From contig CM119375.1 of assembly GCA_051294905.1 (NCBI GenBank), positions 9,548,001-9,612,000 on the forward strand: 64,000 nt of DNA, read 5' to 3'. Numbering within the stretch: the stretch's first letter is position 1; every line of letters begins with the position of its first letter. The notes under the pieces are model-generated. The model had not been told where the DNA came from and did no database searches. It worked only from the letters and a program-made list of their open reading frames with translations. Positions 50,644-62,926 of the stretch are shown one piece after another. Source of the DNA: Botryllus schlosseri. Taxonomy: Eukaryota. The position numbers and the translations under genes are program-made.

Positions 50644-51652
50644 TAGGGTTACCATATTTTGGAAATCTGAGAAGAGGACACTTTTTCCAAATTTTCAGAC
50701 TCGCAATACAGGAGGAAAATCCTGAAAAATGGTAAATTTGTAGCACTTCATGGTAGTCGGTTGACTATAAAAACGTCAACTTTCTGGCTCAGCTCCCGAA
50801 ATAGCCGGCGGAGCGTTACTTCAGTGCTCCCTGCTCATTTACTGTATCTCAGTCGAATTTTTGCCCTATATTCAACCAAAACTCTCAAAAAAGAGGACAT
50901 ATTGGCGTCATCCGAGGACACTTTTTAAAAAGTCAAAAGAGGACAAATGCTCTTAAAAGAGGACGTATGGTAACCCTAGGTTAGACAGGGTTACCATATT
51001 TTGGAGTCGGAAAAGTAGGACACTTTTACCAAATGAGAAAAGTTAATTGATCAAGACTGAAAACAGCCGATTTCGCTATTTATGCTTTAAAATTTGGCGA
51101 GTTGACTAAAAATAAGGTCATCACTTTCGTTCGACTTCCGGTTTGCACACCTTTTACTTCAATTTAGTGGTGTTGACTCCAAAAAAGGTCGTCATTTTCG
51201 ATCGAAACACAAATGTCCCGCTCGAACGTCGTTCTTTGCTATTTAGCGTCAGATAAGCCCATTTTCACTAGAATCTAGCCATTATCTTAGCTGTGAAAGC
51301 TGTAAAGGAGGACGAATTGCCAAAAAGGAGCACATTTAGTCGTGCTTTAGGAGGATTCGTCCTCCTTTTTCAGGTTTTTGAAAATGCCCTCCGAGGACGC
51401 CCTCCTTATTGGCAATTCGTTTTCCTTTACCGCTTTTAGAGCTAAGATAATCGATAGAAGCGAGTGAAAATGGGCATAAATGACGCTAAATAGGAAATTC
51501 GTGGATCGATCGAAAGCGACCACCTTTCTTCTAGTCAACCCACCAATTTTTTCGGCAAAAAAGCGTAATCAGATGATTTCAGTTTTGATCAACTAACTTT
51601 TCTGATTTGGTAAAGGTGTTCTCCTTTCCCGATTCCAAATATGGTAACCCTA
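50644..51652. mobile_element. Two adjacent TAGGGTTACCATA-family hAT MITEs (50644-50978 and 50987-51652)
   Basis: TIRs TAGGGTTACCATA / TATGGTAACCCTA. The first element has TSD GGTTAGAC. AGAGGAC subterminal motifs. Confidence 0.85.
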
Positions 51653-51876
51653 ACGTAGTGTGGAAAGTCTAGGTTATTAGATGTATTTTAACTCAGATAT
51701 GAGTTAGAGCAGCCTCTCTTGTCTGGCATGAATGTAAATGAAGTATTTGAGGAGCCGGGTTACTGGATGTCACGATGTGTTTCAAAATAATGACTAGTCG
51801 CAAAGGCCGTGTCTGATTTGTTTGCAAAGGGAGGATTAAATACACCTTCCTCATCCCTGGCCGACAACCTATAAGG

Positions 51877-52521
51877 CAGTGGTCACCAACACTCGGCCCG
51901 CGGGCCACATACGGCCCGCGAGGTCATGTTTAGCGGCCCGCGATCTGATTTCAGAAGAACGCTAATTGAAGCTATTCTCCTGTGTCCAGCATCGCTATTC
52001 CTCACGAGCTGAAACCACTTTCGTGATGGCAACAGCATTCCATCGGGAGAGAATCAGCTGATATGAATGCACAATGGGAATGATCATATTGCCTTGATGC
52101 GCAATGGCTGGCACTGCCAAGACCGAAACGGCTTAGAGGGCTTCCCCTCAAGATCAGGCTTTACCAGGAGATAGTGTTTCAGCTAGTACCGTGTGTAGCT
52201 AACCCCCAGATTCATTAGCCGCTGAAAAGTGTTTTCTGCAGGTATCGTGCGCAACTCACAGATCAAAATAAAATGAAATTGATTAACATGATATTTTTGT
52301 TGAATTTTTATTTCATTAATAAAATATTAATTCTTTTGCTGGAAATATGCCTTTTGCTCATGTTAGAGAACACAGTGTTGTACTAACGTAACGATTTAAA
52401 AACGTGGTTCCTAAATGTGTGGCCTATTTTATCGCGATATTGCATGTTTGCGGCCCGCGGTCTATGCGAAATTTGAAAAGTGACCCGTGACCCGCGACCC
52501 GCTTTGAGTTGGCAACCCCTG
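51877..52521. mobile_element. Buster-type hAT MITE
   Basis: TIRs CAGTGGTCACCAAC / GTTGGCAACCCCTG, TSD CTATAAGG. Confidence 0.88.
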
Positions 52522-52809
52522 CTATAAGGACTCGCTATAATGTACGTTTTGGTCGTTGCCTAGCTTAAACGATGGTTCTATATATTTGCTTGATTAAAGT
52601 CCTTGGTTGCATCAATTTAGGCTTCTCGAGGAGCTTACCAACTGGAATTGAGACTACTTCCTCCATTTCTTTGCTTCCTATAATCCGAGCCAACCCCTTG
52701 AGACCCGGTCAAATGTAACTCAATCAATTGAAGAATAGGATAACAAATTTACTACATAGAAAGATCATGTCAACATCGAGTCAATAATAGTCACAAATCC
52801 ATGCTAAAC

Positions 52810-53620
52810 CGCCTTCTGTTTGTCTACATACTGAAGGCTAATGACATGGTATTTTTGGTAGCCACATGACATGACTATTTTCTGTGAATGTTTGAAAATA
52901 ATCGAATTGAATTATTACTTGTTTCAAAATAAAACATGAACGCTATAAAGGGTTGTAATTTAAAAGTGTGCTCTCTTTCTTTCGTAAACAACCAATTAGA
53001 TCTTCAGACGTTTGATGGCCGTACGTAAAGAAGACGCTCAGGAAGACTAGCACTAGCTTCTATGTCAATGTTGCTACTATAAGGTTGGATTTAAAACAAA
53101 TGGTTGTTGAAAAATATGTGTTAAACAAAACCCTTTTAAAAAAATTTCAAGTTTTATAATTATGCCATTATTGTGTAAATACTTTCCAAAAAACATGTTG
53201 TATGAGCCTACGGACGATTACCACTTGATGTAGCCGACGTATACGATGTGGGATGGTTGGGACCCTCGAAATAGTCAGTTCAACAGCTATAGTACGTAGA
53301 TATATATAATTGGTGCGGAATGAATGTTCTGATGATGATGGCCGCCGACCGTTAAATTGATGCATGACGATGTAGTCCTGGCAAAGGATATTTTTGGACC
53401 GGATTGGAACCCTATTTCGTCAAAGGAGCTATATTTACCCTATATTTTCAATTTTCAATGCCAATACTCTATGACGTCACAATTGAATATCCGTGACGTC
53501 ATCGATTTAGAAAAAGCAATAAAAAACTTGTTTTAAACAATTGATTTTTGTCTTAAATGCGACCCTAGTTGCTACTTCAATTTGGCTCCATGTGACGTCT
53601 CAGCTTTGGTTGCCCAAGCA
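52810..53620 (-). other. Orphan paralog of the collectin 5'-flanking region, with an internal inversion
   Basis: 52860-52990 and 53570-53610 match 25390-25550 directly (ccacatga...actattttctgt.aatg; ctacttcaa.ttgg.tccatgtgac). 53360-53560 matches 25730-26130 in reverse. Confidence 0.65.
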
Positions 53621-55516
53621 AAGGCATAAATTACAATTTGGATGTGGCGGTGAAACATTTTGGGTTGGATGGCGAGTCTATATTAACAATGGGATGACGT
53701 AGTGTGACAATTCCCTTCGAAATACTTGGGATGACTTGACTCAAGTCTAAATACACAGCGACTCGAAATTAATTTAGACTTGTTGATCCCCACAATGCCT
53801 TCAATTTGAAACAATTTAAAACGTGAAAAGAATGTGTATAGTTAGTCTTCTAAAACTATGGAAGTATATGTGAAAGTAGCCTACAAAGTTATCAATGAGT
53901 CAGTCGTAGACGTAGACAAATATCCCTCTGGAGCACGTGAATATAAGTGGAAGTAGGCTACTTCGTTACTGATCCCCGTTGTTGCACTAGTACTTCAACA
54001 AGCCAGTTTCAATCTTGTGCGGCCGCAATGATAACTTGAAACGATAAATTTTCCGATTCCAATCACATTCAGAATTCAGATTTGTGACTTATGCAGAAAA
54101 TCTTTTAGATCACGTTACCTGGGATAGTTGATATAGTTGTTGATTCCAGCACCTCCAAATGAAGCGAAAGTTCAACCGTGTGGCAATAACAAGACACATG
54201 TCGATGTAATCACTATTGCTTTACATATACGCCTTCGAAGCCTGCCCAATCGACGAAGAGTAGGCTATGCTGTGATGTCGTCATATCAACATGTTTACAT
54301 CGGCGTGCAACTACACTATATGTCAAGACTTTACCGTGTAAGCGCTGCAGACTCTACGTTCAGTTATTCCGCAATTAGATAATAATAACCTCCGTGTATA
54401 TACATATAGCTTAAACATATATCCAATGCTTCAGTATATTCATATTCAGGCATATATAAATGCATTGATTACTTTTACAGTGGCACAAATGTGCGATAAC
54501 TGCCATAACTCTTCATTTCTGGTTGGAACTGTCTGTCCTTACGAAGTAGTTTGGCCTGAAAAAGCTTATTTGACTTGAAAACTGACAAACTTTTACATGA
54601 AAAAAACTTCATTTTAACGAAATCTGGTCATGTGAAGAATTCCACGCATTATGGCAGAAATAATTAAAATTTGCTGTAGTACAATGCAAGATATTTTCCT
54701 ACATTCTCGGGTAGAAAGTGTCAGTCCTTACTAAGTAGCTTGCCAAGAATGGAGAAGGAACGTTCAACAGCAGCAGTTATTGGCTGAGAACACTGAAGTT
54801 GTGCGTATATACACCGCTGGTGGCACACAGTGTTGCTTCATTCTGACAATGGTGTCTATGTCACAATTTTTCATTATGCGCTTCTTGATGTAAGAACCAT
54901 GCAAGGCCCACGCAGTCTTGCTTCAGTTAGGATATTGCGGTACGTTGAGCATAACACTATGACCACCTATTTGTTTCATTTGAATGTTTATGCTTCACAA
55001 TGAGCAGACAATGGGCCGTCTACAACGGTAGGTCTCTACAGCGGTAGGTTTATAAAGCAAGCTACAAGCTGTAAAATGTCAAACGATAAGTTCACCGACA
55101 GTGTAAAATCTACAATACAAACGAAATGCAGGTTGCAAAAAAATTTCTACTTTGTAAAAACTTTTGACATTTTTTGACCTAACGTTACAATTTTGACATA
55201 ATTTTGACTTTTTTTGACATGTCAAAAAAATCGCCATAGGTATATCCATTATCCATCCCTATCACGCCCACCGAATGGAAATGTTCATTGTTCACCACCC
55301 TTGTACGGAAGTTCAGAACACTGGTTTCGCGCAAAATAAGGAACATCGACGGAATCTTGGTACCACTCTCGTGACATCTATACGATGTACTAATCGGATG
55401 AGGAACACTGTTTTGCCAATACGACATGTATGTGTATTCCCGGCCAAAATTATACCAACGCGTCCAACGGATTCCGATTCAATACAATTTCAATTGTAAC
55501 ATTACAAAAATGCTAT

Positions 55517-55866
55517 TAGGGTTACCATATTTTAAGTTCCGAAAATAGCACACTTTTTTCAGACTACAATAGGAGAAATATTGAGATAAAATAAAAGCTG
55601 GGTTTCCACGGACAGTTCCCGTTCTTTTGACCTTTTTTTAGTCAACCTCCACGGCAGTTCCAGAAAGAGCCGACTTACACGTGTAGTTTGTGGCGATTTG
55701 ACCTTTTTAAGTCGTCTCTGTATAATCGTCTTACTCTCAAAACGAAAAGAGAGGACTAATTGCGAAAGAAGAGGACACATAAACGTTCTCGGATATATTT
55801 TTAAGTTTTATTGAAAAATATGACAGGTCCTCGTAAATGAGGGCTTAATGGCATATTGTATCCCTT
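55517..55866. mobile_element. TAGGGTTACCATA-family hAT MITE upstream of GH31 copy 2
   Basis: Left TIR intact, degenerate right end, shared with the window start. Confidence 0.7.
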
Positions 55867-56098
55867 TAACTAGTATGGTATAACCGTGTCTAAGCATGAG
55901 TTTCTCTCAGCCCACTTCTTGTTCATGTCCACTGTGCAGTCATCATTGTGCATTGTGTTCCGAGTCATAGTAAATATAAATTGCTCGATACGGGCGGCGT
56001 CATGCAATACAAATATTTGACACCTGCACAAGAGTCACAAGCATTATTATGAACATTGCATTGCGGTTGAGCATACTGTAATGTAATTGCATTCGAGG

Positions 56099-59000
56099 AT
56101 GGTTAGACCGATTACGTTTTTAGAGGTCGTTGTACTTCTTTCTGTAATGATATGCGCAACATGGGCAGCACAGACACCACCTCAGCACGACATTATCCAT
56201 TACATTGAAGCAAGACAGGTGAGTACATTACGGTCTCCTAATTGCTAAATGGTAATAATTACTTTGGTCGACGGCTTATAGAAATGTTGAATGAAATGAA
56301 GTCAAATCATTTATTGGGTATTTCATGACCACCCACTACATGCTACTTCGAGGCATCATCAAGTGTCGATCAAAGCATTCAAGTTGAAATAATATGTAAA
56401 CCATATATCGTCAACTACACGTTGGCATGTCACAACTCACTCACATAGATGCGGTTTTACGTTTCCACTTTGCTAATCATCGTAAGGAAACAATAATCCT
56501 GTTCAGTCGACCACCACACTTTCCATTTTGTTCATCGTTTGAAGCACAAAACATGTCGCGTTTCATGTAAAAAAGATAGCACTTCAAAATGTCCCTGATG
56601 CTGATTTAGCACTATCTATTATGTGCTTTATGATCTACTTCCTATATTATGTGCTCTATGATCTATGTGCTGCAGCGGCTACGTGCTTCGGTATGATATG
56701 GATTACTAAAAAATCTGGCGTATGTCAGCCGCCTGCTGTCCTCGAAATTATAATAAAATCGCCTGCGACGACACTTACCCCGTTAATTCGAAACCATCAC
56801 AATATAAAATTGTATTACAAACGAAACAATTGACGTGCATACTTTTAGGTAGGTTATTAAGGTTATCAACAAAATACGCTTGAAGACATGAAATTTAAAA
56901 AAAACAATGACTTCTAGATAGACGCCGAGTAGTCGCCAGGATAAAAACAATTACCGAATTGTAAAACAAAAGGGCTCAACAACACTGGTTTGATACGAGA
57001 AATTGCACAATATATATATATACCACGCCAGAATTATAACTCCAATACGCAAAAGGCGGCACGGAGTCCAGATATAAGGAACAGATAAGCGAAACTATAT
57101 CGGAAAACATTGTGGGAAGACTTACAATACCAGATTACTTACACGATAGTGGCAAATGCATTGTGTAGTGAAAAAATGTCTATAGTATAATCAAATCTAT
57201 TGTTCAGGTGACCCCATTTGCGCTGCCCATGACTACGACGACGTAAAAATTATGCTATATACCTAATGTACACACTGAAAAGATTTTTCAATGTACAATA
57301 CAGGATGCGAACCACGTTTACATATACGGAGGAAACCTGACAATAATCGTCGACAGACATCCGTGGAGACTCGCCATATACGACAACACAACCCGAAAGT
57401 TATACGTACAAGAGGCTGAAGAATCTTCCAAACGATTGGTTGGTGTATAATATATCGTTTATTTGGATTCTAGCGTGTGCTGGAAAATAATACAATAGGT
57501 CAGCGAATCCAGTTTCGAATTTTCTGGATATATATTTCCTTACAGCAAGTTTGACAATTAGATTTCGCCCAGTATTTCGTCTAGTATCGTCTCGACTCCA
57601 TCCAATATTTTTATGCTGGATTGAATTGAATAAAGGTATATAGTTTCTCATTTATCACCGTCCAAACCGTAACCATAAATGAGAATATGTAAATACTTGG
57701 TAAATCTATTTGCTACGAGCATTCGTTTGAAAGGGATACGGGCGATGGGACGGAAAATACTTGGACATATATCAAGGATACCTGCTGCGTTTGGGTGGCA
57801 TAGTCGAATGGCACCATGCTACAGACGCCTCCTTAAAAAGCACAATGCCTGGACCGAAAGGTAATGTTTTTTGTAGGCTTTACTGAACATTTGCACATAG
57901 ACGAATTGCACATCTGGTTTGAGATCAAAATTCTTTCTTCTGTTTCGATGTTACTTATAGGCCATAAGGCAATTCAAATATCATGAATCATAATTGCAAT
58001 ATCAAGCAGACTGATACGGTGCCCAAACAATCAGATGTATACTGGAAGTATAGAAAACTAGTCAATTATAGTAAGAATATAATTGATTTCAGTCCATACA
58101 AAATTATAATTTGCGAACAAACAGAAGCATATTGGGATGGTGAGGTTCACGTTCGCGTTCTGTGTGTGAACTTCGGAAATTGAGAGGTTCACGTTCACAA
58201 ACGAACCTGGGTAGGTTCTGCACTGTGAACCTTTTCATATATTACAATTTTCTCTTCATTATAATATCTTTGGTTGAAATGTCTTGCATGTCAACTGCGG
58301 GATACTCTACGCCTGGCGCTGGCAGCATATCAAAATCAACGCTATAAACGAGCATGCACATTGACAATCACAAAAATCTTTCCTGCTTCGTTAAAACAGT
58401 TTGCTCGAAATATACAGCTTTCCGTTTGTGAAGTTTTAATGGCTCTCTGCTGTGAGTTTGACCCGCAATCACACAACATTAAGATTGGAATACACTACGT
58501 GTAGGTAGTCAGCGAATGATTCTTATTCAATCAATCAATAAAATTGATATCATTGTCTGATGTAAAAAATCTAACAGGCGTGCGGAGTCGATCTTGATTT
58601 CGTATGTCTATTGTGTAATAAAAACCAAATCTGTGCGATTGGGGTGTTGGCTACTGCTGTAGTGTACAACTTTTTAAAGTAATATCGGTAGCAAGTACAG
58701 AAACCCGTTTTACACTCTGCTCGATATCAACGTAGCAATATTCACACGCCGAATACATTGTTCAGTCTGGCCTAGACCGTTAAGGCTTAACCTTATATTC
58801 GCTTGCAAGTATCCTCGGCGAAATTGTCGGCAAAGCGACGGAAGATATTTGTTTTATGGGATTATGATATCATTTGATTTCCCCAGTTGATACATTTGGC
58901 GACGTTTAAAATGTCAATATGTACTTCAGCATTGTGGAATTATGTGGCCCGAGTCGTCGCTAGGTATCGTGTACAACTGTAAATCGATATTGGCTATAAC

Positions 59001-62000
59001 TTCACTGAAATGTAGGGTTGAAATTAGTAATATAACGTCACGTGACATCATGAGGTTTCGTTATTTGCGTTCTCACAGAACCTTTCAAAAAGGTTCGCGT
59101 TCACACGAACCTGAACCTTGCAGAGGTTCATCATCATCATTGGTTTATTAGCAATTTTATCAGTTCAATACACCACAAAAATGCGATACAATGAAAAGAA
59201 AGGAAGATGTCGAAGCGACTAGGAGTTGTCTATGGAATCGGACACCCACCTTGGCCCTAATGAGCTACAAGTATTTTTAATATAGGAATAGTTTGAAAAG
59301 TAATCAAGTTTGTTTAGACTTAAGGCTGTAGTGCACAACGTACGTACAATGTACTCGTTATTTATTGTGCAGTGTATACATGTACCGTGTCTGTAGCCAA
59401 CATCTGGAGTATATATCTCTACAGGAGCCCCAGTATCTGCAACCATCGAAGTCGAGACATCGTCCAATGGAAAGCTACTCGTGACATTCGAGAACTTTGA
59501 TGAGAGACAGGTTTCGATCCGCACTGAATTACAAAATCCCGGAGAGAAGTACACGCGCCAAAATCAAAATCAGGATAATTCTGCCAATGACAAACCACCT
59601 TGACGTTTCAGCAATCGCATAGGTTGGGGTTATCTAACGCCAGACGCCGACGAAGCGTTTTACGGATTTGGAGAGCGGTTCACGGGAGCGAACCAGCGGG
59701 GTCACAAAGTCGGTTCCTGGCTCGAGGATGGGGGATGGGGGCTCGGAAAATTCGACCCTACCGGTAAAATACGCGTGAGTATCGTTGAAGTACTTACTGT
59801 TGTGTTAACAAAGCTGAGCTAGAACTCCGCCAAATGTACAGGTGCCAAAAGGGGAGCGTTCTACGTACGTTCCCATGCCTCTTTTTATATCATCCAAAGG
59901 TTACGGAATGCAGCTCGATATGTTTCACAGGTGAACTCTGAACAGATATTCAATTCGGCCTACTCAAAATTAACGGGGACAAAGCCTAAATTTTCGAAAT
60001 TTACAATTCGCATATTATTATTTATCCTTCTTGGTTGCTCATGCTAAGCCTTTCGACATAGGTTGGCGAAAATGTAAGTATTTAGTAATAGCAGGCAACT
60101 TCAGGAAAGTAGAACTAGATAAGGCATAGACTACATATGTGCATGAGCAATTGCTCAAAGGCTGACCGTATACCTCATAATATTCTGACGATTAAGTACT
60201 GAAAGCAGAGTGTAATAGTTTTCAGGACATGTAACAATTGACTTTGACCTTATTGGATTTCCTTATTGAAGTGTACAAAGATATCATCCCTTTGTTATGT
60301 AGAGATTCGGGTATTGGTGTCTCGTTGGTTGGTCATTTTCTCTCTTTATCGCAGGAGCGTGTTCGATTCAAAAACGTCCAACAAGCACATGCACATCATG
60401 GCGGAAACGCATTATATGAACCTTACGATCTTCTGCAAAAATTCTATTAAGGTATTGGAAATGTGGTACCAATAACGAATACACTGATATAGGTATAGGT
60501 AGATGTGCTGACCCTCATCGATACATTGGACCATTAGGTTATCAGTCGCTGTATCATAAGCGTAAATATATACTGACAAGTATTTCAGGATACCTTTACG
60601 GCCATGTCACGAAAGAATGGCAAATCCTTGATCCCTCCGCTATGGGCATTCGGACCGTGGAATCAACTTGCCGATGAGGAGTCAGGAGTATCGACTCTGG
60701 ACCGGGCCAAGTAAGACGTCCTTTGCACGCAGTATGCGCCTGCAAATTGTTCAAATATATTTACCACTCGAATCAAAGAATTCCTTATGAATTTTGCGTT
60801 TTACAGACAGATGCTTTTTGACCAAGATATTCCGTTTTCCCATTGCGTAAACACTGTTCACTACTTTCCTAACGGAGATGGCACTAAAGCAGAAGACGCA
60901 GCCAGAATAACAGTAAGTATCAAGCCATGCAGAGCAAATCGAATTTAACAATTTACCAACCATACACAAAACATCCACAAATTACATACGTAATGAATGT
61001 TTTATCTTCTACAGGAGCTGAATAAAGATCTGTTAAACCTCGGTATCAAGGTATATAGAGTTCTCACATTGGTGCAATGACACGAAGAATAAAATACGAA
61101 AATTTCATAGTCGACGGCATATTTCAACGCGATGCTTTCACAAGAATGGAACGAGACCTACGAATACGCCGCTCGACAGGGTTACTTTTACAAAACCAAG
61201 GACGGAAAGCCATACAATTATTCCTATGAAGGCGCGCGGTAATTCAAAAGTATAGCTAACTTGCATTTCATAAATCGTTATCAATATGAACTATTTCTTT
61301 TAATGGTAGGAGAGCTTCCTCTGTGAAACTCATCATGAAACTGATCAATCATATAAGTATTTTATCAGGAGCCAAGGGACCCCAGGGGTTTCCCGGAGTT
61401 TAATACACACACTCAACTCATAAATATGCTTTTTGATGACACGCCCTGTTTGGTCATCATCGGCTACAGGGAATGAAAAATTATTTCCGTGATTTCGTTC
61501 TTTTAGCACCGGGTTGATTCCAAGTTCATTTTGTAAGCCAGTTTAATTGTGTATTGTGGTCAGTTTTTGTTTTGATGACACATTTGGCCTACCGACGAAT
61601 CGCAGATTAGCGTAAGTGTTACTAAGGTCAGTAAAAGTTAAGAAATAAGTATTATGTGATAGTTGGAAGCACTGGTGATGACAATTTAACGGATACCATT
61701 TACTGAGCTTATTCGTTTACCATTTCACGTAAAAAGTTGTTTGTCAAATCGGTGAACGCACTTCCGGTGACTCGTGGGTTGTCTGGTGTGCGTTGGGAGA
61801 AAGTAAATTTTACAACACAATGCGAATTCGTCAGAGAACCTTAAAACTTTTGTTACAGTGCATTTAAAGTGTCTCAAGTAGATTACTCGAATCCTGCGGC
61901 CGCCAAGTGGTACACGACGCAGTTGGATCGTGCAATTAAAGCCGGGTTCCGAGGTTTGGAAATTTTAAATACTGTTTACGCTCGAGTTCAAATTATTAAT

Positions 62001-62477
62001 TAGAAATGGAGTAGTTAGAGACAGTTGGTTTCCGTATTTCCGTATTGCGTTCTAGTGCATGTTGAAATCCTGCCTTCGCAACATGACCATTTTAGAATAC
62101 TTGGGCGATTTTGACATATTTATACTGGCTCTGAAAAATGAAGGATTTGCGTATTTTTAAAAGGCTTCTTTTAAAACATTTCCTTAAACATATTTTTAAA
62201 AAGTATGGTTTGAACAACGCTTCGTTTTAACTGCAAGCCTACAAACATGTCCACGGCGTCTTTAGTGTTTGGGTCGTCAAAATCGCAACTTTTCATCCCC
62301 TGTATCATACCGAAACGTCTGCTTTGCCTGTTCAGGCTGGATGTACGACTATGGAGAATACACACCGCCTGATTCCGTGTCATACGAAGGTCACAATGGG
62401 CTTTACATGCACAATTTATTTCCTCTGCAGTATCAGAAAACATGTCACGACTATTTGGTGAGCAGATTCGGAAACTG
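56099..62477 (+). CDS. Secreted GH31 glycosidase (YihQ-like group), copy 2; continues beyond the window
   Basis: Inferred exons: 56099-56218 (MVRPITFLEVVVLLSVMICATWAAQ, signal peptide), 57734-57860 (tentative), 59425-59548, 59612-59774 (EAFYGFGERF..NQRG..W.EDGG), 59842-59930 (TYVPMPLFISSKGYG), 60355-60451, 60589-60710 (PPLWAFGPW), 60807-60912, 61015-61050, 61111-61238, 61859-61953 (VDYSNPAAAKWY), 62336-62477 (GWMYDYGEY). Phases are compatible with one open frame. Confidence 0.88.
58135..59135. mobile_element. Probable non-autonomous DNA transposon with GGTTCAC/GAACC subterminal repeats
   Basis: Clusters of GGTTC/GAACC motifs at both ends. TIR and TSD not cleanly identified. Confidence 0.45.
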
Positions 62478-62926
62478 GTGAGTATTATGTTGGTAGGTAG
62501 ATCGTAGATGTCAATTCAGCGATCAATACGATGCAAATATGTGGCACAGGAACTACACTACCCTCTAGCGGATTGCTCATTGTCGAATCACAGTAGGCGT
62601 TGCATTTATCAGACGCTATTGTGAACGTGGTGTTGAGAGTGAGACTCGAATAAACTTGGCTTCACCATTTTACCGCTAGTCTGAAGACAAGAAAGATAAT
62701 AGTTCGCTATGATATCGAGAAACTTTCATATAGTTTTGTGATCAAAAACGTTATGACTGTGATCCGAAACATTCTTTTGCAAAAGCCAATCCAGAAATCA
62801 AAAGTTGCTTGGAAAAAAGATCTTCAATTTGTATAATGTCATGAAACAAGTGTTAAAATACTGCATTCAGCCCAATATCAACGTTGGATGGGGTTGTCAG
62901 GGGTGTTATATTTCTTCTCTATTTAG

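Larger units (their letters stand above)
18616..52796. repeat. ~34-kb inverted segmental duplication centred near 34621
   Basis: Mirror homology pairs: 18616-18730/52680-52796, 19000-20855/48270-50120, 22230-27900/42800-48260, 28900-29460/42300-42780, 29520-29830/39320-39630, plus the core palindrome. Confidence 0.95.

Noticed and set aside
59373-59400. Apparent +1 frameshift in GH31 copy 2
   Set aside because: It arises only if the acceptor at 59372 is used. The acceptor at 59424 gives an in-phase join, so copy 2 is not called a pseudogene. cDNA is needed.
62336-62477. Calling the GH31 a bona fide sulfoquinovosidase (yihQ)
   Set aside because: The catalytic motifs fit, but the sulfonate-binding residues as I recall them (AQDW, RxxW, DIGGY) are not conserved, so no gene symbol was assigned.
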